Source: Octopus sinensis
Lineage: Eukaryota
Direction of reading: 5' to 3'
Length of the DNA: 31,556 nucleotides
Assembly: GCF_006345805.1 (NCBI RefSeq)
Contig: NW_021832198.1
Span: 1-31,556, forward strand
Shown here: positions 10,560 through 19,525 of the stretch, in pieces
How the letters are laid out: the number at the start of each line of letters is the position of its first letter
Numbering within the stretch: the stretch's first letter is position 1
The notes under the pieces: model-generated
What the model was told of the DNA's origin: nothing
Database searches by the model: none
The model's input: the letters and a program-made list of their open reading frames with translations, nothing else
Position numbers and translations under genes: made by a program

Positions 10560-11972
10560 ACTCTGGAGATGTGAACACTATACTTCAGAACATTCTGAAT
10601 TCAATATGGGTGGCATGTGCAGCATCAGTACCACGCAAGCACAAAAACCACCCAATAGCGCAATTTGGGAGACTGCAGCAGTTTGACTTGCTAGGAAAGA
10701 ACGCTGTAATGCTGAACAGGAATACAAATTGCATAAATCAGAGATCAACAGGAAAAACGCAAAAGATCAGCCAACCATCTCAAGCAGGTGACAAAAAAAG
10801 GCAGTGCTTGAATTCAAACAGCGCATAGCAACCAACCCTGACAGCAAAGTGTTCTGGAAGTATGTACATTCAAAGCAGACACCTCACTCTCCATTTGATC
10901 CCCTTCACAATCCTCACACTGGGCAGATTACTGGCAATCCCAAAGAATGTGCAGAAATCATTGCTGGATGCTATGCAGGCATCTTTACTGTCGAAGATCA
11001 AAATGTTCCATCTCCATCACCTCTGACACTGGACTCTATAACTACTATGAAATTTACACCAGCAATGCTACAATGCCACCTTAAGAACAAAGGTAACTAT
11101 GCCTTTCCTGGTCTCAATGGTGTTACATACCTACTTCTCAAACGCGGTGGGTACTTTCTTCTAAACCAACTTTCTCTATTCTTCCAATTCTGTCTTGACA
11201 ATGGTGTTACTCCAGAGCAGTGGAAAACTGCCAGTGTTATCCCTCTGTTCAAAAAAGGTGACCGCACATCGCCTGTCAACTATTGCCCCATTAGTCTTAC
11301 TAGCTGCATCACCAAAATGATGGAATCCTGTGTCAGAGAAACCCTCTTGAACTTCTGGAAGTCTCACAGCCTCATCCAGCCATCACAATTTGGATTTATT
11401 CCTAACTCCAGCTGCTGTAATCAACTCATTGAGTTTCTTGAGGACATTACCTGAATCACTGATCGCAGATCCTGAGTGGATGTTGTTTACCTGGACTTTG
11501 CTAAGGCTTTTAACTCTGTGTCACACAAAAGACTTATGGTGAAACTCTCTGCAATGGGTGTAAGAGATGATCTCTATAACTGGTTGAAGTCCTTCATTAT
11601 CGGCCGAAAAGAGGTTGTCACAGTTCTAGGACAGCATTCTTCACCCTATGAGATGACATCTGGTGTACCACAGGGATCTGTTCTTGGTCCCCTTTTATTT
11701 GTTGCATATGTTAATGACATAGATACCAACTTAAAGAATGCCACAGTGCTGAAATATGCAGATGACATCAAGCTGTACCTCGAAATAAAGAGGACAGATC
11801 CTGTACACTATAGATCTTTATTGCCATCAGACCTGGACACAATGCAGCAGTGGGACATGGACTGGCAACTCAAGCTGGCTGTGGACAAATGTACCACCAG
11901 GCATTTTGAGAGGAAAAACCCAGCGTCTGCTTACTCCCTCCACAACACTAATCTCACAAAGTCTACAACTCA
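10560..11972 (+). pseudogene. 5'- and 3'-truncated non-LTR retrotransposon (CR1/L2/Jockey group) ORF2 reverse transcriptase remnant
   Basis: One frame from 10804: KVFWKYV...PEQWKTASVIPLFKKGDRTSPVNYCPISLTS...QFGF...*...*VDVVYLDFAKAFNSVSH...SGVPQGSVLGPLLF...YADDIKLY...WQLKLAVDKC. Two in-frame TGA stops (11452, 11473). No endonuclease domain present. Confidence 0.95.
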
Positions 11973-11974
11973 GG

Positions 11975-12115
11975 CACCCTTCCTGTCACCAACCCAACCC
12001 GTTTCCAATCAAGGTAACACACTTCCCATGGCCAAATATGTTTTTTCCATGGAAAACTGGAAACAAACAACATTGCTTGTATGACAGCGACACTCATTTA
12101 CAACCATCATGTGGA
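11975..12115 (-). mobile_element. C/R-type retroposon fragment interrupting the LINE 3' end
   Basis: CCTGTCACCAACCC...AAGGTAA...AACATTGCTTGTATGA...TTTACAAC resembles 18345-18445 and 12420-12545. Confidence 0.55.
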
Positions 12116-12161
12116 CTCAAGACAAGGATACGCACACACACACATACATGTGTATATGTAT

Positions 12162-12192
<31 letters not shown>

Positions 12193-12332
12193 CATCCATG
12201 TTAAGCTAGTTTAGTCATGATACCTCACTTGCCTCTTATGAGGGTGCCAGGCATAAAAATTACATAAAAGTGGGGATGCTATAAAAAAGGGTTTAAGAAG
12301 TGCTGCTGTAGGCTTTGAATCAAAAGGGATTG

Positions 12333-12760
12333 TCATCATCGTTTTAATGTCCACTTATCTATGCTTGCTTGGTTCTGACAGGATTTGTTGAGGCAGATTT
12401 TACAATGGTTGGATGCTCTTGCTGTCACTAACCCTCCTCACCTGCTTCCGACCAAGGTATTATTTTACTGTAGCCAGGCATGCTTTTCACAGAAGACTGG
12501 AACTGAACCAGCTCGCTCATGATGGAGATGATCGCTTACAACAATCATGCATTGTCTAAACAAGGGTACACACACATGCACATACATGTACATGGTGGGC
12601 TTGGCTTCTTTCAATTTCCATGTTCCAAATCCACCCACAAAGCTTTGGTCGGTCGAGGGTTATAGAAGAAGACACTTGCTTGAGATGCTACACAATGGGA
12701 CCGAACCCAAGAGCGTATGATAAGGAAACGAGCTCCTTAACCACACAGCCACACCTACAC
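12333..12760 (-). mobile_element. Composite SINE: S2 head + microsatellite + C body + R tail
   Basis: 12594-12760 is the S2 5' half. 12333-12430 is the R-type 3' end (CATCATCGTTTTAATGTCC...TGGATGCTCTT). The same order recurs at 18233-19200. Confidence 0.6.
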
Positions 12761-13406
12761 TTGCAGCATGGTTGCTATTTCTAGCAGGCAGAGCAACCTC
12801 ATAGAGGCCTCAGTCATATGCTATGCTGTTATGCGGATGGGGGATTATGAGGGTGGTGTGATGGCCCTCTTGAGGGTTTAAGTAGCTCATCTAGATAGAA
12901 TATCATTGATAAACCGTATCTAGCATGTAACTACACATGCTGTGCAATGGGCGCAGTGGATGTAATGCTGTGTAAGCTATCAAACATCTATGAACATGTG
13001 TGTGTATATACATATGTGTATATGTGGATATATGTATATGTGGATATGTGGATATGTGTGTGTGTGTGTTCGTCGTATATGTGCTTGTGTGTGTGCGGGA
13101 AGGTGGTGGTGTGGGTCTGTAGGCATGCGTTTGTTTAAAAACAAGAGATACGCCAGCTTGCACTTTATCACCAGAGTGCATAGCGACAGATGCTGCAGTT
13201 GGGATGAAGAGAGCGTGAAAACGTACATCCGTACGAACGTGTGGGTGACGGTGGTGGTGGTGGTGAGGGAGCGTGGGGTATGGGGGAACCACGGAGGGAA
13301 TCACTATGTGGTTGTTAAACCTTTCTAGAAATAGCAACAAATTGTCCCTCAGATCACTCCTCACACCCCTTATTACAAAAAAAAAAAAAAAAAAAAAGCA
13401 AGCATG

Positions 13407-13505
13407 GATTCAGATGTGGCTGTGAGGTAAGAAGCCTGCTTTTTCAACAATGTGGGCCTAGGTTCAATCCCACTACATGGCAAAAGTTGGCCAGTGCCTT
13501 CTGAG
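13407..13505 (+). mobile_element. S2 SINE head fragment
   Basis: GATGTGGCTGTGAGGTAAGAAGCCTGCT...GGTTCAATCCCACTACATGGCA. Confidence 0.6.
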
Positions 13506-13603
13506 TGAATTTTGTGTGTGTGTGTGCATGTATGTATATATCTATCTATCTATCTATATATATATATGTATGTATGTATATATATATATATATACATATA
13601 TAA

Positions 13604-13634
<31 letters not shown>

Positions 13635-13654
13635 TATGGTGTACATATATATAT

Positions 13655-13926
13655 ATATATGCTTTTATTCTCTTACTGGTTTCAGTGTTTGACTGCGGCC
13701 ATGCTGGAGCACCACCTTAAAGGGTTTCTGGTGAAGAAAAACCCCAGTACTTATTCTTTGTAAGCTTACTACTTAGCCTATCGGTTTCTTTTGCTGAACC
13801 ACTAAGTTACGCGGACATGAACACACCAAGTGATGGTGAGGGGACACACACCACACACACACCACACACACACAACATACATACCATACATACATACATA
13901 TATATATACATATATATAATTATATC

Positions 13927-13960
<34 letters not shown>

Positions 13961-14174
13961 GCTTTTATTCTCTTACTGGTTTCAGTTGTTTGACTGCGGC
14001 CATGCTGGAGCACCACCTTAAAGGGTTTCTGGTAGAAAGAGAATCAACCCCAGTACTTTTCTTTGTAAGATTACTACTTAGCCTATCGTTTCTTTTGCTG
14101 AACCACTAAGTTACGCGGACATGAACACACCAAGTGATGGAGGGGACACAAACAAACACACACACACACACACA

Positions 14175-14200
<26 letters not shown>
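13655..14200 (-). repeat. Tandem duplication (about 300-bp period) of an S2 SINE 3' half plus adjacent CA/TA microsatellite
   Basis: GCTTTTATTCTCTTACTGGTTTCAG...CCACTAAGTTACGCGGACATGAACACACCAAGTGATGG occurs at about 13661 and 13961. Differences are mostly 1-4 nt indels. Confidence 0.85.
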
Positions 14201-14270
<70 letters not shown>

Positions 14271-14272
<2 letters not shown>

Positions 14273-14854
14273 ACAATTGAGGCAAAATTAATTAATTATT
14301 AATCAATTTCACCAAGTGTTCAGTATGCAAAGGGACCATTCAAGGCGAATTCAAATTATTACATTATATAAAAGGCTTAGTAAAATAAATTACTTTGCCG
14401 CATACTGAACTCATTAGAAATAGCAGCTAAAAAATTTTTTTAAAGCTATTTCTCTAATTAAAGAAAATCTCTCTCATATATAGTGTTTGCTTAATTCAAC
14501 TCACAAAAGTTTGGGGGTAAGGACATCGAAAAATCAAATGCTAAGGTTATTCGAGAACGTACGTTTCAAGATTAGTCAAAACAACATTTCTATCATCGGC
14601 TCAGAATTCCTTGGTTTGGATTTGGAAACACTGAAATAAGAACATACCCTTTCGAAGATCTGCTGTACGTTCTCGAATAACCTTAGCATTTGATTTTCGA
14701 TGTCCTTACCCCCAAACTTTGTGAGTTGAATTAAGCAAACACTATATATGAGAGAGATTTTCTTTAAGTATTAGAAATAGCTTTAAAAAAGTTTTTTAGC
14801 TGCTATTTCTAATGAGTTCAGTATGCGGCAAAGTAATTATTTTACTAAGCCTTT

Positions 14855-14862
<8 letters not shown>
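14271..14862. mobile_element. Unclassified palindromic insertion: about 92 bp unique + 200-bp arm + 102-bp spacer + 198-bp inverted arm, within (TA)n
   Basis: Arm 14363-14562 (ATTATATAAAAGGCTTAG...TTCGAGAACGTAC) is the reverse complement of 14665-14862 apart from a few small indels and substitutions. Confidence 0.8.
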
Positions 14863-14888
<26 letters not shown>

Positions 14889-15049
14889 GACAGGCTTCTT
14901 TCAGTTTCTGTCTACCAAATCCACTCACAAGGCTTTAGTCAACACATGGCTATAGCAGAAGTCATTTGTCCAAGTTGCCACACAGTGAGACTGAACCTGG
15001 AACCATGTGGTTGGGAAGCAAGTTTCTTACCACACAGTCACGCCTGCGC
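14889..15049 (-). mobile_element. S2 SINE 5' half (continues the 3' half at about 13961-14150 across the palindromic insertion)
   Basis: GACAGGCTTCTTTCAGTTTC...CACACAGTCACGCCTGCGC. Confidence 0.8.
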
Positions 15050-15339
15050 AATCAGTGTGTGTGTGTGGATCAAGAGTTAACTTAAGGAGTTCAAAAATGG
15101 CCTCGAGAGGGTCTCCTTGTGGACAGTCTACATGCTAGATATAGTAGCCAGGATCTCATTTAAATTGTGTGTACATGTGATTTTATTAAGAAAGGAAGGA
15201 CATTTAGGATAATGTAGTCCAAGATACATTGAAATATTTTTTTTCTAAGGGATGGTCATGGCAGTAATGCCTTTGGTCATAGGTCTACTCAAGTCAGAAC
15301 TGGTCTGAGGGAAAGGAACCAAAATCTGTTGCAGCAGCT

Positions 15340-15712
15340 GCTGCTGATGCTACTACTACTACTACTACTACTAATACTATGACTAACACTACTGCTGCTG
15401 CCACCAACTTCACCCCCACCCTCACTACTAGTACAACAGCAGTGACAAAGACAACAACAACTGCAACAACAACGACAACAACAACAACAGCAGCAGTTAA
15501 CTGGAAATTACTGTTGGGTGGTGTGTCATAAACAACCCATTTTGGCAGTGACGATGGCGGTGGCAATGGTGGTGGTGGTGGTGGTGGTGGTGGTGGTGGT
15601 GGTGGTGGTGGTGGTGGTGGTGGTGGAGGTGGTGGTGGTGTGGTGGTGGTGGTGGTGGAGGTGGGGTGGTGGTGGTGTGTGGTGGTGGTGGCGGTGGTGG
15701 AGGCGGTGGCAG
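15340..15712. repeat. Trinucleotide arrays (ACT)n/(ACA)n followed by (GGT)n
   Basis: Seen directly. Confidence 0.93.
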
Positions 15713-15785
15713 TAATATTTACAGAGACATAATCAGGGTGAGATAAGGGTAGACTGAAAATAACATGAAAAGATAACTTAATCAG

Positions 15786-15822
<37 letters not shown>

Positions 15823-16385
15823 TGTCGTATAATTACCTTTACCCTCCCCCCATCCCCATACACCACCCCGCTTTTCTTCTATGGATTCTCAAGATAAAAT
15901 GGTGTCTGAGCTGCTGACAGATATAGGTGTGTTTTAAAACAGAGACTGCAAACAAAAAAAAAAAAAATCAACAGGCAGGTAGAGAGTTTTGGTGGGGAGA
16001 CATCATTCTGAAGAGACCCCCCCCCCCGGATCTGGAGTCGCAGATGGAGGCCCCTACTCAGTTGCATGACATTCTAAAAATAGAAGCCAAATCGCCATTA
16101 AATCCAATTCCAGAGGATCTTTTAAGAATAGGGCATCAGGAGACATGCATTTTCAGGATAAGTGAGTCCTAGCCTGCAGTTTACGTTGACCCTTTTTGAA
16201 ACCAACCTGCCTGAAAAGGGCTGCTACAAAACCAGCCACAAAATCCCCTTCACATTCCACTCCAGAGGGTCTTTAAAAATCCCACCCTAGAGATTCAAAT
16301 CTCACCCTAAAAGGATTCTTTTGAAGTAGATTTTCAGGACATGTGCTTCTCTAGGATAACTTAATTTTAAATTACAGTTTAGTCA

Positions 16386-17136
16386 AACCCTTTCAATGCC
16401 AATCTTCTATGATACAAGTTTTCTGTTTTAAATGAAAACTTTCCATCAAGATTCCATGTTAATTTATACTCTTTACTCTTTACTCTTTTACTTGTTTCAG
16501 TCATTTGACTGCGGCCATGCTGGAGCACCGCCTTTTAATCAGGACTTATTCTTTTGTAAGCCCAGTACTTATTCTATCGGTCTCTTTTGCCGAACCACTA
16601 GGTAACGGGGACGTAAACACACCACCATCGGTTGTCAAGCAATGCTAGGTGGACAAACACACACATACACATATATACATATATATACATATATACGACA
16701 GGCTTCTTTCAGTTTCCATCTACCAAATCCACTCACAAGGCATTGGTCGGCCTGGGGCTATAGCAGAAGACACTTGCCCAAGATGCCACGCAGTGGGACT
16801 GAACCCGGAACCATGTGGCTGGTTAGCAAGCTACTTACCACACAGCCACTCCTGCGCCATGTTAATTTATGTTTCAAACGTCAGCTTAATACAAAGTTAT
16901 TTTGGTAAATTCTTCATTATTTTAAAAATAAATTGAAACAAAGTCAGTTTGCATTTCAACAGAATATGGTAACAAAAGAGCTGAAGTGATCTAAATTAAA
17001 GCCTTCTATCGTCATTAATTTATATTCCAAACGTCAGCTTAATAAAAAGATATTTTGGTAAATTCTTCATTATTTTGAAAATTAATCAAAACAAAGGAAG
17101 AATATTTCCACAGAAATATGACAGTAAAAGGTTTAA
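16386..17136. mobile_element. F-family piggyBac-like MITE remnant with an internal tandem duplication of about 150 bp, interrupted by an S2 SINE
   Basis: Starts AAACCCTTTC and ends GTAAAAGGTTTAA. TTAATTTAT...CAAACGTCAGCTTAATA...TTTTGGTAAATTCTTCATTATTTT is repeated at about 16862 and 17015. Family class inferred from the termini only. Confidence 0.45.
16468..16856 (-). mobile_element. S2 SINE, full length, 14-bp TSD
   Basis: Reverse complement of 7771-8190. Direct repeat CCATGTTAATTTAT at 16454-16467 and 16857-16870. Confidence 0.92.
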
Positions 17137-17351
17137 CCATTTTGCATATAAATCAGGCATATCTGGCCAAAACCTCCCTGTTTTATGTTCAAACTGGCCA
17201 GATCTGGCCAGTCACACCTACCCTACAATGTCATTCTAAGAAAAAAGTCACATCATCAAAATCTCAAAGCTATGAGATAATGCATGATCAATTCAAAACA
17301 ACACAAATAAACATTACATTTGATAGAGAAATCTGAAGGCTAAAGGGTTAA
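17133..17351. mobile_element. E-family MITE bounded by TTAA (piggyBac-like)
   Basis: TTAACCATTTTGCA...GGCTAAAGGGTTAA. The copy at 21036 begins CCCTTTAGCA, the inverse of the ...GCTAAAGGG end. Confidence 0.7.
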
Positions 17352-17974
17352 GGTGCTAACCAGTGGTCTAAAGTATTGGACTCTTTGGTGAATGAAATTG
17401 ACTGACCATACTGATGGTGGGTTAAGGTGCTGGACAATACAAGTGACCATAGTGTCAGACCAGTGACTTAAAAACATGGACTATCTAGGTGGCCATAGTG
17501 ACCCAGAGGCTAAAGTAGTGACCAGTGAAGGACTGGCTAATCAAAACACATGTTAGGAGGCAATCCAGCTATGATCAAGTTGTCTCCTTATCATAAGCAG
17601 TGTATACAGGACCATAATACTGCTTGATTTGCCAGAAAGAGCAGACAAATCTCCCTGAGACCATATCCTATCATCGTAATAAGAACAAAGAAACCGAGTA
17701 CATATTAGACAATGTAGCCCGAGATAAACAAACAGGGAGTACGGCTATGGATGGAAATGGATGGATCTTTTGCATCATAGGTCTGCTGGATCAGGACTGG
17801 CCTGGGGCTAAATGACAACAATCACCACAATAAATCATGTCAATGAAAAGTTATTCGAAACAGCTATCACGCTCTCCCTCAAACCTCACACCTTGCTCTT
17901 TTGAAAGGGATGATAATGTAGCCCGACAAACCCTAAGAAAGGGAACGAAGGGACCATGGTTGGTTAAATAATAT

Positions 17975-18006
<32 letters not shown>

Positions 18007-18009
18007 AAA

Positions 18010-18232
18010 GACGGCGAGCTGGCAGAATCGTTAGCACGCGGGTCGAAATGCGTAGCCGTATTTCGTCTGCCATTACATTCTGAGATTAAATTCCGCTGAG
18101 GTCGACTTTGCCTTTCATCCTTTCGGGATGTACCAGTTACGCACTGGGGTCGATGTAATCGATTTATTCCGTTTGTCTGTCCTTGTTTGTTCCCTCTGCG
18201 TTTAGCCCCTTGTGGGTAGTAAAGAAATAGGT
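18010..18232 (+). mobile_element. S1 SINE monomer inserted in (GAT)n, with a small internal deletion
   Basis: GACGGCGAGCTGGCAGAATCGTTAGCACG...AAAGAAATAGGT. Flanked by TGATGATGATAA on both sides. Confidence 0.9.
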
Positions 18233-18574
18233 GATGATGATAATGATGATGATCATCATCATCATTATCATCATCATCATCATCAATTATTGTTTACTTT
18301 TATTTACGGAGTTTGTTGAAGCAAATTTTCTACAGCTGGATGCTCTTCCTGTCACCAACCCATACCTGCTTCACAGAAAGGTAATATTTCCCTGCCTGGC
18401 CAGTCATGCCTTTCATAAAAGATTCAAAATAAACATTGCTTGTATGATGATGGGGAAAAACAAAAGGATGAAGCTGCTTCCCGAGTCTTGCAGACTCATA
18501 AGGCCAGTTTCTTGGATTCCCTAATATATATACTCTCCCATGGATGGGATGCTAGTGCATTGCAGGAATACTCA

Positions 18575-18716
18575 CTTTTGCCAGCCAAAGGGATTGGAGC
18601 AATGGGAAATGAAGGGTTTTGCTCAAGAACACATTGCATTGCCCAATCCAGGAATTGAAACCACAATCTTACAATCATGAATCCAACACCCTAACCACTA
18701 AACCATGCACCTCCAC
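18575..18716 (-). mobile_element. S3 SINE head and core
   Basis: TTTTGCCAGCC...TTGGAGCAATGGGAAATGAAGGGTTTTGCTCAAGAACAC...CCTAACCACTAAACCATGCACCTCCAC. Confidence 0.7.
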
Positions 18717-18782
18717 TTGTGATGATGATGGTATTTATTTACAACCACCACATAATGCCAAGACAAGGGTACACGCACACAC

Positions 18783-18870
<88 letters not shown>

Positions 18871-18872
<2 letters not shown>

Positions 18873-19067
18873 TGCGGATCCGTGGAATAAGCTGCCGGAC
18901 GAGATAGTGAAGATGCCGACGACCGCTCGGTTCAAAGTCTCTCTTGACCAGAAATGGCCTGAACTCTTTGCATGACCACGACCCTGTACATAACTCCATG
19001 TCCCCCTACATGGCCTTGCTTTTTGCTTTTTGAGCCAATAAATTAACTTAACTTAACTTAACTTAAC
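18871..19067 (+). mobile_element. 5'-truncated CR1/L2-group LINE 3' end: ORF2 C-terminus, short 3' UTR, (TTAAC)5 tail
   Basis: VADPWNKLPDEIVKMPTTARFKVSLDQKWPELFA* fits the conserved WNxLP...FKxxLD terminus of CR1-type ORF2. Tail at 19043-19067. ACATGTT occurs at both junctions (possible TSD). Confidence 0.88.
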
Positions 19068-19242
19068 ATGTTTACAGCAGGTTTCTTTCAGTTCCCATCT
19101 ACCAAATCAAATCACAAAGCTTTGGTCGATAGTAGAAGACACTACTTGCCCAAGGTGCTGTGCAATGGGACTGAACCCAAGACCACATAGTTGGGAGGCA
19201 AGTTTAAAAAAACAATAAAACAAATCCATACAAACAACTTAC

Positions 19243-19490
19243 TTTTCACTGCCCGTCCTGACAGGTCGTTCCCTCTTCGTATAGACTTGCTCTGTAGAAC
19301 AGTCATACATTCCATCTCCGTAGAGAACCGTAGTTCCATCATCCACACCATCACGGCGCTTCCCGAAGTAGTCTCCACACTGCTTGTTGTCCCTCCCCCG
19401 TTACTGCTGACCACACTGCCGATGCTGCCGGAACTGGACATGCTGAAAGCAGCTGACATACTTGGTCTGCTCACTGACGACTCTTTGTCA
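19243..19490 (-). CDS. Probable internal exon (248 nt) of an unidentified host gene; Ser/Gly/Thr-rich, then WMMELRFSTEMECMTVLQSKSIRRGNDLSGRAVK
   Basis: Strong acceptor TTTTTCTTTTGTTTTTGTATTCCAG| and donor AA|GTAAGT. Exactly one frame is open across the exon. Unique, GC- and CpG-richer than its surroundings. Protein not recognised. Confidence 0.7.
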
Positions 19491-19525
19491 CTGGAATACA
19501 AAAACAAAAGAAAAACTGTAATTAT

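Larger units (their letters stand above)
18233..19200 (-). mobile_element. Composite S2-head/C/R-tail SINE, interrupted by an S3 fragment and a LINE 3' end
   Basis: R/C part at 18290-18445, C part at 18720-18775, (CA)n, then S2 head at 19075-19200. Same order as 12333-12760. Confidence 0.55.

Noticed and set aside
11906-12214. ORF extension after the LINE RT (TQAPFLSPTQPVSNQG... and MRGKTQRLL...)
   Set aside because: Read-through into an unrelated C/R repeat fragment and microsatellite, not LINE ORF2 sequence.
15294-15945. Phase-compatible minus-strand exon chain (15945-15843, 89-nt intron, 15753 onward) giving a poly-Thr/Pro, formin-FH1-like peptide
   Set aside because: The acceptors look good, but the product is dominated by (ACC)n/(GTT)n microsatellite whose amino acid switches with indels, and there is no recognisable domain. 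Needs RNA-seq junction support.
17355-17600. Recurring GACCATAGTG / GACCAGTG motifs
   Set aside because: Too degenerate to define a period or family by eye.
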